Below are positions 13,140-27,439 of a stretch of DNA of 64,000 nt, one piece after another. Position 1 is the first letter of the stretch. Each line of letters starts with the position of its first letter. The DNA comes from Eledone cirrhosa. Taxonomy: Eukaryota. A program made the translations under genes and the position numbers. The notes under the pieces are model-generated. The model saw nothing but the letters and a program-made list of their open reading frames with translations. It did no database searches and was not told the origin of the DNA. Where the stretch lies: assembly GCA_964016885.1 (NCBI GenBank), contig OZ024745.1:7502001-7566000 (forward strand), written 5' to 3'.

Positions 13140-13690
13140 GTGAAATGAGGAGGGACTGTACTGCAACTGATAACATTAATGTGGTTCTTGAAATATTAGT
13201 GGTTCGAGTGGCAAGGGCATACATTCTGAAGAGATCATGACAAAATGTCAAATGTAGCATTGAGATGGACAGCCTCAATTAAACAACACTTAAGGTAGAA
13301 CAGTTTAAGACAAACAGAGAAATACATGTTACAAGGGTCTTTGGAGTAACATTACTCAGAGTGCATAGCTCAGAGATCAGAGAGTCACTCCAGGTAGAGC
13401 CACTACTTCTCCGAATTGAGAGATTACAGCTCCAATACTATGGACATGTGGTTAGAATGTCTCAAGAAAGAACCGCTGGACAGATTTTACGGGTAAAAAT
13501 CAACCGGCAGGAGAACCAGAGGTAGACCAGGATGGTTAGATAAAATCCATGAGCTTGGCTGGTCTCACTTTGGGATCCAGCCAGATCAGCTGGAGATGAT
13601 TGCTTCTCTCAGGACCCGCTGGAAGGAGTGTTTGAGGACTCTACTCTCACGACCGTCTCAGGAATAAGTGGACAAAGAAGAGGGAAGAAA
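13140..13690 (+). mobile_element. Rex3/Expander-like RTE LINE 3' end, decayed
   Basis: Reads SSEIRESLQVEPLLLRIERLQLQYYGHVVRMSQER...GIQPDQLEMIAS...WKECLRTLLSRP, resembling the Rex3/Expander C-terminus. Confidence 0.75.
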
Positions 13691-14451
13691 TATAGAGTGA
13701 ATAGCTTCAAAACATTAAAGTCTTATTTCCTAAACTGGAAGATTGTGTGCTATTTTACCTTCTGCTTTTCCGGGCTAGTGTTTCTATTTCCTTCATTTAA
13801 ATTATCCCAAGAAAGAATACACACATACACAGACACACACAGTGTCTCGAAAGGCAAGAACCCCAAATGTTTCACTCCACACAGTAATACAACTTATTGA
13901 ACTCCTCCATTGGAACACTACACCAACACTAGAATAAAGCCATTATAGTTTTAATTTCTTCCACTAATGGAAACTAGTCATTATTAGAATTTAGTATTAA
14001 GTGTTCAGTGTGAAAATTGATACAAACATGTTGGTGTTTAGGGGGTGAAACTTGGATGGTCAGGCGTTTGATTGAAGACAACCTAGCCACAACTACCACG
14101 TAATTTTAGGCATAGCATTACAACTATAAGTCTTCCATTCTAAAAACGATAGGGTGTCATCTGAGAGAAATTTGGATGCTATTTCTAGCCCCAATATATA
14201 TTTAAGGTTACTTACATAAAACTAAATATGCGTGCGTATGTACAAAAAATACATACTTATATGTATTCATCTATGTTAGAGTGAACACCTTAATTCTATT
14301 TTCTGACCGACTGCTCTATATGCAAATAAGGTGTCAAAACTATGTTTTCGCCTATATTCAGTTCCAGCAGAGAGCAAGGTACTGTCTTCATAATGACCAG
14401 AGTCAGAAACGATGATTGTTGACAGTTAGCCACCCTTGCTTCTACTGGAAT

Positions 14452-14467
14452 CTGCTAGATGGCGCTA
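14452..14467 (+). promoter_or_regulatory. Candidate CTCF-binding motif
   Basis: CTGCTAGATGGCGCTA has one mismatch to the CCRSYAGRKGGCRSTR core; motif only. Confidence 0.4.
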
Positions 14468-14769
14468 CATCATCAGTTTCCAAATTTCATAGCTAAAAGC
14501 TTTCAAATGTTTATTCATAAACATGCCGTATATTGCAAGATATACAAAATACATACATGTGTGTGTTAGGTAAACAGAGGTGGTGCACTGTTCGAAGTAC
14601 TCAATGATGCTACCAAGTGTGTCTTGTGCTGGGTTCTATACTGAGAAGGTTGGGGAGCTTTATTTCTGTTGATACGAAATGTCTGTTGAGAAATTGTTGT
14701 GATTTAGTCAAATCACTTCTGCTTTGAATTCTTCAAATGTTGCCAAAACTGCTGAAATACCGCACCAAA

Positions 14770-14911
14770 GTGGGTGTGGTGTGTGTGTCGGGTGTGGGGT
14801 GTGGTGTGTGTCGGGTAGTGTGGTGCCTTTGTGGCGTGTGTGTGTGTGTGTGTGTGGTGCGTGTGGTGTGTGTGTATGTAGAGTGTAGTGTGTGTGTGTG
14901 TATGTAGAGTG

Positions 14912-14991
<80 letters not shown>
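14770..14991. repeat. (TG)n microsatellite with a degenerate 5' part
   Basis: Pure TG run ~14914-14991 with interrupted TG upstream. Confidence 0.95.
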
Positions 14992-14993
<2 letters not shown>

Positions 14994-15049
14994 AAACAAG
15001 GGTTGGAATAAAATAAAAAGAATATGGTGAAAGAGTTAATTAGCGAAAC

Positions 15050-16168
15050 TGATAGTATGAGAGAGAGAGGGAGGGAGTGGAATGAAAGAAAAGGGAGAGT
15101 GAGAACGAGAAAGATAAGAGAGAGATAGTTAAGAGAGAGATAGTTAAAAGACAGGGTATAAAAGAGAGAGTGTGAAGGCAGAGAGAGAACGAGAAAGATA
15201 GGAGAATATAAAAGAGATAGTATAAAAGAGAGATAGAAGGCTAAGAGTAAAGTAGAGAAAGAGATAGAAAGATATGAAATAGAGAGAGAGAGATCAATGA
15301 AAATAGTTTGGTTTATTATGGAAATTAATATGAAGGAGATGAAAGTAAACATATCGCTTTATAAAAGAACGTTGAGAGATTAAAAAAAGGCGGATGTGTT
15401 AAGTTGTGTAGCAGTATCTAAAAGAACTTAATATCAGCTTTACTACAACATAAACCTTCAACAGATTACAAACATTTTCTGTAGACTTCCATCATTGGAA
15501 TAGCAATGCGAGAGATTACGGAACCTATTACCAAACTGACATCTCCCTTCTGAAGAAACATTATCATGTTTCAAATAATGATAGACAGAACTGATAGAAG
15601 GAGCGGCAGATAAAGGCGAAGATTATGAAAACTATGATAATGTTCTGAGAAGCCAGTAGCTTAGCAAGCAAGCAATCAAATATCATTTGAGAGACACAGC
15701 TAAAAAGAGTAGGACGGACATGGACACACACAGAGGCAGACAATAAAATATAGACATTACAACAACAACAAATATATAACATAAAATATAACGAAGAAGA
15801 AAAAAAAAAGGTTTGGTCATTGATAAAAAGCAGTAGGCCATTTAAGATGAAAAGGAGAAGAAATTAGCAACAATCCTACTCAAATAACTCGGTCCTTTTG
15901 AAGTTTTCTAAATGTGAGCTCTAGTAAATAGAAAGAAAGGAAGGGGGGAGTGAAAGAGAGAAGGGAAGGGGAGAAAGAGAGAGAAGGGAAGGGGAGAAAG
16001 AGAGAGAAGGGAAGGGGAGGAAGAGAGAGAAGGGAAGGGGAGGACGAGAGAGAAGGGAAGGGGAGGGAGGAAGAGAAGGGAAGGGGAGGGAGGAAGAGAA
16101 GGGAAGGGGAGGGAGGAAGAGAAGGGAAGGGGAGGGAGGAAGAGAGAGAAGGGAAGGGAGAGAGAGAG
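15050..16168. repeat. Two purine-rich low-complexity tracts (~15050-15295 GA-rich; ~15935-16168 GAGAAGGGAAGGGGA units of ~20-24 bp)
   Basis: Directly visible; these explain the spurious ORFs at 14708 and 15950. Confidence 0.9.
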
Positions 16169-16957
16169 CGGTGGAACTGGGAGGATAAAAGAAAAGTGAG
16201 GCAGTTATTTAGTGCAAGATTTTTTCTATATTAGCTCACTGTCCGAGATGGAGAGGATATCCACAAAAGTTCACACAGAATAATAAATTATAATAATAAC
16301 AACAACCTGAATAAACAAATAAATAAAAGTCAACAGCTTTAGTTGTTTGTCTTTCTGATTATGAATATTTTTGAAATCATGGTGGTAGTGCAAGTGAAAA
16401 CAGTGTGTACGTGAGAGAGGGGGGGGGGGGGGGGGGAGGGAAGGAGAATGGAGGAAAAGAGAAAGAGAGACAAGTACAAAATGAGGTTGAGAAGAGAGAA
16501 AGAGAGAGATTTTATATCCAATTAGAATACATAAGATAGTACTTTAGTTTCTGAAGAAAAGTTCAAAGGTTTTGTCAAGAACCATAACTTTATTTGGCTA
16601 TTATTTTGTTGAATAAGAAATTAAACTTTTCAATAGTCATTCAATGGTCATTTGTTTCCATAACCTTACTAATCAGAAAGAACTAACTACTCTTTTCCTC
16701 ATTTCACAGAATCCTGTTTATGAGGTTTGGAGTTAAATCTGATAGAGCAAATCTCACAAAAGTTCCTGTGGTCAAACCTGAGTGGTTTTAGTTGTTTGAT
16801 CAACAAAAACCCTGTTGTATTATATAGACAGCAAAAGCATTAATTCTTTCGTCTAACAATATAAGACAACGCTGTACCATAGAAGGGAACACAACAGAGT
16901 TTCCATTTGTGAAACTTTACTGGAGAAGCTATTGTAGAAGATAGTCACCTGAAGTGA

Positions 16958-17191
16958 TGTAGAGAGGAGACAAACCCTAGTATCACAACAGAGATGTAGA
17001 GGGGGGGGGGACAAACCCTAATATCACAACAGAGGTGTAGAGAGGGGGACAAACCCTAGTACCACAACAGAGGTGTAGAGAGGGGGACAGACCCTAGTAT
17101 CACAACATAGGTGTAGATGGGAGGGGGGAGACAAACCCTAGCATCACAACAAAGGTGTAGAGAGGGGGACAAACCCTAGTATCTCAACAGA
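16958..17191. repeat. ~38-bp minisatellite, ~6 copies, abutting the large array
   Basis: Unit GTAGAGAGGGGGACAAACCCTAGTATCACAACAGAGGT. Confidence 0.9.
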
Positions 17192-20100
17192 TAGTACAAT
17201 GTTGGAGACATGACATAGCAACAAGATATGGTGTACCTAGTACAATGTTGGAGACGTGACATAACAAGGTATGGTGTACCTAGTACAAGGTTGGAGACGT
17301 GACATAACAAGGTATGGTGTACCTAGTACAAGGTTGGAGACGTGACATAGCAACAAGATATGGTGTACCTAGTACAAGGTTGGAGACGTGACATAACAAG
17401 GTATGGTGTACCTAGTACAAGGTTGGAGACGTGACATAAGGTATGGTGTACCTAGTACAAGGTTGGAGACGTGACATAGCAACAAGGTATGGTGTACCTA
17501 GTACAAGGTTGGAGATGTGACATAGCAACAAGGTATGGTGTACCTAGTACAAGGTTGGAGACGTGACATAACAAGGTATGGTGTACCTAGTACAAGGTTG
17601 GAGACGTGACATAACAAGGTATGGTGTACCTAGTACAAGGTTGGAGACGTGAGATAGCAACAAGGTATGGTGTACCTAGTACAAGGTTGGAGATGTGACA
17701 TAGCAACAAGGTATGGTGTACCTAGTACAAGGTTGGAGACGTGACATAACAAGGTATGGTGTACCTAGTACAAGGTTGGAGACGTGACATAAGGTATGGT
17801 GTACCTAGTACAAGGTTGGAGACGTGACATAAGGTATGGTGTACCTAGTACAAGGTTGGAGACGTGACATAGCAACAAGGTATGGTGTACCTAGTACAAG
17901 GTTGGAGGTGTGACATAGCAACAAGGTATGGTGTACCTAGTACAAGGTTGGAGACGTGACATAAGGTATGGTGTACCTAGTACAAGGTTGGAGACGTGAC
18001 ATAAGGTATGGTGTACCTAGTACAAGGTTGGAGACGTGACATAGCAACAAGGTATGGTGTACCTAGTACAAGGTTGGAGATGTGACATAGCAACAAGGTA
18101 TGGTGTACCTAGTACAAGGTTGGAGACGTGACATAAGGTATGGTGTACCTAGTACAAGGTTGGAGACGTGACATAAGGTATGGTGTACCTAGTACAAGGT
18201 TGGAGACGTGACATAAGGTATGGTGTACCTAGTACAAGGTTGGAGACGTGACATAGCAACAAGGTATGGTGTACCTAGTACAAGGTTGGAGGTGTGACAT
18301 AGCAACAAGGTATGGTGTACCTAGTACAAGGTTGGAGACGTGACATAACAAGGTATGGTGTACCTAGTACAAGGTTGGAGACGTGACATAAGGTATGGTG
18401 TACCAAGTACAAGGTTGGAGACGTGACATAGCAACAAGGTATGGTGTACCTAGTACAAGGTTGGAGATGTGACATAGCAACAAGGTATGGTGTACCTAGT
18501 ACAAGGTTGGAGACGTGACATAACAAGGTATGGTGTACCTAGTACAAGGTTGGAGACGTGACATAAGGTATGGTGTACCTAGTACAAGGTTGGAGACGTG
18601 ACATAAGGTATGGTGTACCTAGTACAAGGTTGGAGACGTGACATAGCAACAAGGTATGGTGTACCTAGTACAAGGTTGGAGATGTGACATAGCAACAAGG
18701 TATGGTGTACCTAGTACAAGGTTGGAGATGTGACATAGCAACAAGATATGGTGTACCTAGTACAATGTTGGAGACATGACATAGCAACAAGGTATGGTGT
18801 ACCTAGTACAAGGTTGGAGATGTGACATAGCAACAAGGTATGGTGTACCTAGTACAAGGTTGGAGACGTGACATAAGGTATGGTGTACCTAGTACAAGGT
18901 TGGAGACATGACATAACAAGGTATGGTGTACCTAGTACAATGTTGGAGACGTGACATAACAAGGTATGGTGTACCTAGTACAAGGTTGGAGACGTGACGT
19001 AAGGTATGGTGTACCTAGTACAAGGTTGGAGACGTGACATAGCAACAAGGTATGGTGTACCTAGTACAATGTTGGAGACATGACATAGCAACAAGGTATG
19101 GTGTACCTAGTACAATGTTGGAGACATGACATAGCAACAAGGTATGGTGTACCTAGTACAAGGTTGGAGATGTGACATAGCAACAAGGTATGGTGTACCT
19201 AGTACAAGGTTGGAGACGTGACATAGCAACAAGGTATGGTGTACCTAGTACAAGGTTGGAGACATGACATAACAAGGTATGGTGTACCTAGTACAATGTT
19301 GGAGATGTGACATAACAAGGTATGGTGTACCTAGTACAATGTTGGAGACATGACATAACAAGGTATGGTGTACCTAGTACAAGGTTGGAGACATGACATA
19401 ACAAGGTATGGTGTACCTAGTACAATGTTGGAGACGTGACATAGCAACAAGGTATGGTGTACCTAGTACAAGGTTGGAGATGTGACATAGCAACAAGGTA
19501 TGGTGTACCTAGTACAAGGTTGGAGATGTGACATAGCAACAAGGTATGGTGTACCTAGTACAAGGTTGGAGACGTGACATAGCAACAAGATATGGTGTAC
19601 CTAGTACAAGGTTGGAGATGTGACATAGCAACAAGGTATGGTGTACCTAGTACAATGTTGGAGATGTGACATAGCAACAAGGTATGGTGTACCTAGTACA
19701 AGGTTGGAGATGTGACATAGCAACAAGGTATGGTGTACCTAGTACAAGGTTGGAAACGTGACATAACAAGGTATGGTGTACCTAGTACAATGTTGGAGAT
19801 GTGACATAGCAACAAGGTATGGTGTACCTAGTACAAGGTTGGAGACATGACATAGCAACAAGGTATGGTGTACCTAGTACAATGTTGGAGACATGACATA
19901 GCAACAAGGTATGGTGTACCTAGTACAATGTTGGAGACATGACATAGCAACAAGGTATGGTGTACCTAGTACAAGGTTGGAGATGTGACATAGCAACAAG
20001 GTATGGTGTACCTAGTACAGGGTTGGAGATGTGACATAGCAACAAGGTATGGTGTACCTAGTACAAGGTTGGAGATGTGACATAGCAACGAAGGTATGGT

Positions 20101-23100
20101 GTACCTAGTACAATGTTGGAGATGTGACATAGCAACAAGGTATGGTGTACCTAGTACAAGGTTGGAGATGTGACATAGCAACAAGGTATGGTGTACCTAG
20201 TACAAGGTTGGAGATGTGACATAGCAACAAGGTATGGTGTACCTAGTACAAGGTTGGAGACGTGACATAACAAGGTATGGTGTACCTAGTACAAGGTTGG
20301 AGATGTGACATAGCAACAAGGTATGGTGTACCTAATACAAGGTTGGAGATGTGACATAGCAACAAGGTATGGTGTACCTAGTACAAGGTTGGAGACGTGA
20401 CATAACAAGGTATGGTGTACCTAGTACAAGGTTGGAGATGTGACATAGCAACAAGGTATGGTGTACCTAGTACAAGGTTGGAGACATGACATAGCAACAA
20501 GGTATGGTGTACCTAGTACAATGTTGGAGACATGACATAGCAACAGGGTATGGTGTACCTAGTACAAGGTTGGAGATGTGACATAGCAACAAGGTATGGT
20601 ATACCTAGTACAAGGTTGGAGATGTGACATAGCAACAAGGTATGGTGTACCTAGTACAAGGTTGGAGATGTGACATAGCAACAAGGTATGGTGTACCTAG
20701 TACAAGGTTGGAGACATGACATAGCAACAAGATATGGTGTACCTAGTACAATGTTGGAGACATGACATAGCAACAAGGTATGGTGTACCTAGTACAAGGT
20801 TGGGGACATGACATAAGGTATGGTGTACCTAGTACAAGGTTGGAGACGTGACATAAGGTACGGTGTACCTAGTACAAGGTTGGAGACGTGACATAACAAG
20901 GTATGGTGTACCTAGTACAAGGTTGGAGATGTGACATAGCAACAAGGTATGGTGTACCTAGTACAAGGTTGGAGCCGTGACATAAGGTATGGTGTACCTA
21001 GTACAAGGTTGGAGACGTGACATAAGGTACGGTGTACCTAGTACAAGGTTGGAGACGTGACATAAGGTATGGTGTACCTAGTACAAGGTTGGAGATGTGA
21101 CATAGCAACAAGGTATGGTGTACCTAGTACAAGGTTGGAGATGTGACATAGCAACAAGGTATGGTGTACCTAGTACAAGGTTGGAGACATGACATAGCAA
21201 CAAGATATGGTGTACCTAGTACAATGTTGGAGACGTGACATAACAAGGTATGGTGTACCTAGTACAAGGTTGGAGACATGACATAGCAACAAGGTATGGT
21301 GTACCTAGTACAAGGTTGGAGACGTGACATAACAAGGTATGGTGTACCTAGTACAAGGTTGGAGACGTGACATAAGGTATGGTGTACCTAGTACAAGGTT
21401 GGAGATGTGACATAGCAACAAGGTATGGTGTACCTAGTACAAGGTTGGAGATGTGACATAGCAACAAGGTATGGTGTACCTAGTACAAGGTTGGAGATGT
21501 GACATAGCAACAAGGTATGGTGTACCTAGTACAAGGTTGGGGACATGACATAGCAACAAGGTATGGTGTACCTAGTACAAGGTTGGGGACATGACATAGC
21601 AACAAGGTATGGTGTACCTAGTACAAGGTTAGAGATGTGACATAGCAACAAGGTATGGTGTACCTAGTACAATGTTGGAGATGTGACATAGCAACAAGGT
21701 ATGGTGTACCTAGTACAATGTTGGAGACATGACATAGCAACAAGGTATGGTGTACCTAGTACAAGGTTGGAGATGTGACATAGCAACAAGGTATGGTGTA
21801 CCTAGTACAATGTTGGAGACATGACATAGCAACAAGGTATGGTGTACCTAGTACAAGGTTGGAGATGTGACATAGCAACAAGGTATGGTGTACTTAGTAC
21901 AAGGTTGGAGATGTGACATAGCAACAAGGTATGGTGTACCTAGTACAAGGTTGGGGACATGACATAACAAGATATGGTGTACCTAGTACAAGGTTGGAGA
22001 CATGACATAACAAGATATGGTGTACCTAGTACAAGGTTGGAGACATGACATAACAAGATATGGTGTACCTAGTACAAGGTTGGAGATGTGACATAGCAAC
22101 AAGGTATGGTGTACCTAGTACAAGGTTGGAGATGTGACATAGCAACAAGGTATGGTGTACCTAGTACAAGGTTGGGGACATGACATAGCAACAAGATATG
22201 GTGTACCTAGTACAAGGTTGGAGACATGACATAACAAGATATGGTGTACCTAGTACAAGGTTGGAGATGTGACATAGCAACAAGGTATGGTGTACCTAGT
22301 ACAAGGTTGGAGATGTGACATAGCAACAAGGTATGGTGTACCTAGTACAAGGTTGGAGACATGACATAACAAGATATGGTGTACCTAGTACAAGGTTGGA
22401 GACATGACATAACAAGATATGGTGTACCTAGTACAAGGTTGGAGATGTGACATAGCAACAAGGTATGGTGTACCTAGTACAAGGTTGGAGATGTGACATA
22501 GCAACAAGGTATGGTGTACCTAGTACAAGGTTGGGGACATGACATAACAAGATATGGTGTACCTAGTACAAGGTTGGAGACATGACATAACAAGATATGG
22601 TGTACCTAGTACAAGGTTGGAGATGTGACATAGCAACAAGGTATGGTGTACCTAGTACAAGGTTGGAGATGTGACATAGCAACAAGGTATGGTGTACCTA
22701 GTACAAGGTTGGAGATGTGACATAGCAGCAAGGTATGGTGTACCTAGTACAATGTTGGAGACATGACATAGCAACAAGGTATGGTGTACCTAGTACAAGG
22801 TTGGGGACATGACATAGCAACAAGGTATGGTGTACCTAGTACAATGTTGGAGACATGACATAGCAACAAGGTATGGTGTACCTAGTACAAGGTTGGGGAC
22901 ATGACATAAGGTATGGTGTACCTAGTACAAGGTTGGAGACGTGACATAAGGTACGGTGTACCTAGTACAAGGTTGGAGACGTGACATAACAAGGTATGGT
23001 GTACCTAGTACAAGGTTGGAGATGTGACATAGCAACAAGGTATGGTGTACCTAGTACAAGGTTGGAGCCGTGACATAAGGTATGGTGTACCTAGTACAAG

Positions 23101-26100
23101 GTTGGAGACGTGACATAAGGTACGGTGTACCTAGTACAAGGTTGGAGACGTGACATAAGGTATGGTGTACCTAGTACAAGGTTGGAGATGTGACATAGCA
23201 ACAAGGTATGGTGTACCTAGTACAAGGTTGGAGATGTGACATAGCAACAAGGTATGGTGTACCTAGTACAAGGTTGGAGACATGACATAGCAACAAGATA
23301 TGGTGTACCTAGTACAATGTTGGAGACGTGACATAACAAGGTATGGTGTACCTAGTACAAGGTTGGAGACATGACATAGCAACAAGGTATGGTGTACCTA
23401 GTACAAGGTTGGAGACGTGACATAACAAGGTATGGTGTACCTAGTACAAGGTTGGAGACGTGACATAAGGTATGGTGTACCTAGTACAAGGTTGGAGATG
23501 TGACATAGCAACAAGGTATGGTGTACCTAGTACAAGGTTGGAGATGTGACATAGCAACAAGGTATGGTGTACCTAGTACAAGGTTGGAGATGTGACATAG
23601 CAACAAGGTATGGTGTACCTAGTACAAGGTTGGGGACATGACATAGCAACAAGGTATGGTGTACCTAGTACAAGGTTGGGGACATGACATAGCAACAAGG
23701 TATGGTGTACCTAGTACAAGGTTAGAGATGTGACATAGCAACAAGGTATGGTGTACCTAGTACAATGTTGGAGATGTGACATAGCAACAAGGTATGGTGT
23801 ACCTAGTACAATGTTGGAGACATGACATAGCAACAAGGTATGGTGTACCTAGTACAAGGTTGGAGATGTGACATAGCAACAAGGTATGGTGTACCTAGTA
23901 CAATGTTGGAGACATGACATAGCAACAAGGTATGGTGTACCTAGTACAAGGTTGGAGATGTGACATAGCAACAAGGTATGGTGTACTTAGTACAAGGTTG
24001 GAGATGTGACATAGCAACAAGGTATGGTGTACCTAGTACAAGGTTGGGGACATGACATAACAAGATATGGTGTACCTAGTACAAGGTTGGAGACATGACA
24101 TAACAAGATATGGTGTACCTAGTACAAGGTTGGAGACATGACATAACAAGATATGGTGTACCTAGTACAAGGTTGGAGATGTGACATAGCAACAAGGTAT
24201 GGTGTACCTAGTACAAGGTTGGAGATGTGACATAGCAACAAGGTATGGTGTACCTAGTACAAGGTTGGGGACATGACATAGCAACAAGATATGGTGTACC
24301 TAGTACAAGGTTGGAGACATGACATAACAAGATATGGTGTACCTAGTACAAGGTTGGAGATGTGACATAGCAACAAGGTATGGTGTACCTAGTACAAGGT
24401 TGGAGATGTGACATAGCAACAAGGTATGGTGTACCTAGTACAAGGTTGGAGACATGACATAACAAGATATGGTGTACCTAGTACAAGGTTGGAGACATGA
24501 CATAACAAGATATGGTGTACCTAGTACAAGGTTGGAGATGTGACATAGCAACAAGGTATGGTGTACCTAGTACAAGGTTGGAGATGTGACATAGCAACAA
24601 GGTATGGTGTACCTAGTACAAGGTTGGGGACATGACATAACAAGATATGGTGTACCTAGTACAAGGTTGGAGACATGACATAACAAGATATGGTGTACCT
24701 AGTACAAGGTTGGAGATGTGACATAGCAACAAGGTATGGTGTACCTAGTACAAGGTTGGAGATGTGACATAGCAACAAGGTATGGTGTACCTAGTACAAG
24801 GTTGGAGATGTGACATAGCAGCAAGGTATGGTGTACCTAGTACAATGTTGGAGACATGACATAGCAACAAGGTATGGTGTACCTAGTACAAGGTTGGGGA
24901 CATGACATAGCAACAAGGTATGGTGTACCTAGTACAATGTTGGAGACATGACATAGCAACAAGGTATGGTGTACCTAGTACAAGGTTGGAGATGTGACAT
25001 AGCAACAAGGTATGGTGTACCTAGTACAAGGTTGGAGATGTGACATAGCAACAAGGTATGGTGTACCTAGTACAATGTTGGAGACGTGACATAACAAGGT
25101 ATGGTGTACCTAGTACAAGGTTAGAGACGTGACATAGCAACAAGGTATGGTGTACCTAGTACAAGGTTGGAGACATGACATAGCAACAAGGTATGGTGTA
25201 CCTAGTACAAGGTTGGAGACGTGACATAAGGTATGGTGTACCTAGTACAAGGTTGGAGATGTGACATAGCAACAAGGTATGGTGTACCTAGTACAAGGTT
25301 GGAGATGTGACATAGCAACAAGGTATGGTGTACCTAGTACAAGGTTGGAGACGTGACATAACAAGGTATGGTGTACCTAGTACAAGGTTGGAGATGTGAC
25401 ATAGCAACAAGGTATGGTGTACCTAGTACAAGGTTGGAGATGTGACATAGCAACAAGGTATGGTGTACCTAGTACAAGGTTGGAGATGTGACATAGCAAC
25501 AAGGTATGGTGTACCTAGTACAAGGTTGGAGATGTGACATAGCAACAAGGTATGGTGTACCTAGTACAAGGTTGGAGACGTGACATAACAAGGTATGGTG
25601 TACCTAGTACAAGGTTGGAGATGTGAAATAGCAACAAGGTATGGTGTACCTAGCACAAGGTTGGAGACATGACATAGCAACAAGGTATGGTGTACCTAGT
25701 ACAAGGTTGGAGATGTGACATAGCAACAAGGTATGGTGTACCTAGTACAAGGTTGGAGACATGACATAGCAACAAGGTATGGTGTACCTAGTACAAGGTT
25801 GGAGACGTGACATAACAAGGTATGGTGTACCTAGTACAAGGTTGGAGATGTGACATAGCAACAAGGTATGGTGTACCTAGTACAAGGTTGGAGATGTGAC
25901 ATAACAAGGTATGGTGTACCTAGTACAAGGTTGGAGACGTGACATAGCAACAAGGTATGGTGTACCTAGTACAATGTTGGAGACGTGACATAACAAGGTA
26001 TGGTGTACCTAGTACAAGGTTGGAGACATGACATAGCAACAAGGTATGGTGTACCTAGTACAAGGTTGGAGATGTGACATAGCAACAAGGTATGGTGTAC

Positions 26101-27220
26101 CTAATACAAGGTTGGAGACGTGACATAACAAGGTATGGTGTACCTAGTACAAGGTTAGAGACGTGACATAGCAACAAGGTATGGTGTACCTAGTACAAGG
26201 TTGGAGATGTGACATAGCAACAAGGTATGGTGTACCTAATACAAGGTTGGAGACATGACATAGCAACAAGGTATGGTGTACCTAGTACAAGGTTGGAGAT
26301 GTGACATAGCAACAAGGTATGGTGTACCTAATACAAGGTTGGAGACATGACATAGCAACAAGGTATGGTGTACCTAATACAAGGTTGGAGATGTGACATA
26401 GCAACAAGGTATGGTGTACCTAATACAAGGTTGGAGACATGACATAGCAACAAGGTATGGTGTACCTAGTACAAGGTTGGAGATGTGACATAGCAACAAG
26501 GTATGGTGTACCTAATACAAGGTTGGAGACATGACATAGCAACAAGGTATGGTGTACCTAATACAAGGTTGGAGACATGACATAGCAACAAGGTATGGTG
26601 TACCTAGTACAAGGTTGGAGATGTGACATAGCAACAAGGTATGGTGTACCTAATACAAGGTTGGAGACATGACATAGCAACAAGGTATGGTGTACCTAAT
26701 ACAAGGTTGGAGACATGACATAGCAACAAGGTATGGTGTACCTAGTACAAGGTTGGAGATGTGACATAGCAACAAGGTATGGTGTACCTAATACAAGGTT
26801 GGAGACATGACATAGCAACAAGGTATGGTGTACCTAGTACAATGTTGGAGACATGACATAGCAACAAGGTATGGTGTACCTAATACAAGGTTGGAGACAT
26901 GACATAGCAACAAGGTATGGTGTACCTAGTACAAGGTTGGAGATGTGACATAGCAACAAGGTATGGTGTACCTAGTACAAGGTTGGAGACATGACATAGC
27001 AACAAGATATGGTGTACCTAGTACAATGTTGGAGACGTGACATAACAAGGTATGGTGTACCTAGTACAATGTTGGAGACGTGACATAACAAGGTATGGTG
27101 TACCTAGTACAGGGTTGGAGATGTGACATAGCAACAAGGTATGGTGTACCTAGTACAGGGTTGGAGATGTGACATAGCAACAAGGTATGGTGTACCTAGT
27201 ACAAGGTTGGAGATGTGACA
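17192..27220. repeat. Large minisatellite array A: 46-bp unit with 43- and 40-bp variants, roughly 225 copies
   Basis: Unit GGTATGGTGTACCTAGTACAAGGTTGGAGA(TG/CG/CA)TGACATA(GCA)(ACA)A, head-to-tail with no spacers. Confidence 0.99.
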
Positions 27221-27439
27221 AGAATGTTATTGCAATAGTTTGCAGCAGGGAAGGTGCAATCCGAGTTACTATCTGCTCCTCAAAGTGTTTGTGGATGTAT
27301 TTCACAAGAAGCTGTTAGTTGAAACCGTGGTCTCAATAGAATAAAAGAGATTTTCAAATGCAAAATATTATCCAACAGCCTGAGTAGGACACCTTTTCTG
27401 GCCAAACATTGAACACCACACTGAAAAACCAGTATTTAA

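Noticed and set aside
14708-16234. ORFs 14708..15352 and 15950..16234
   Set aside because: Low-complexity translations of TG and GA repeats.
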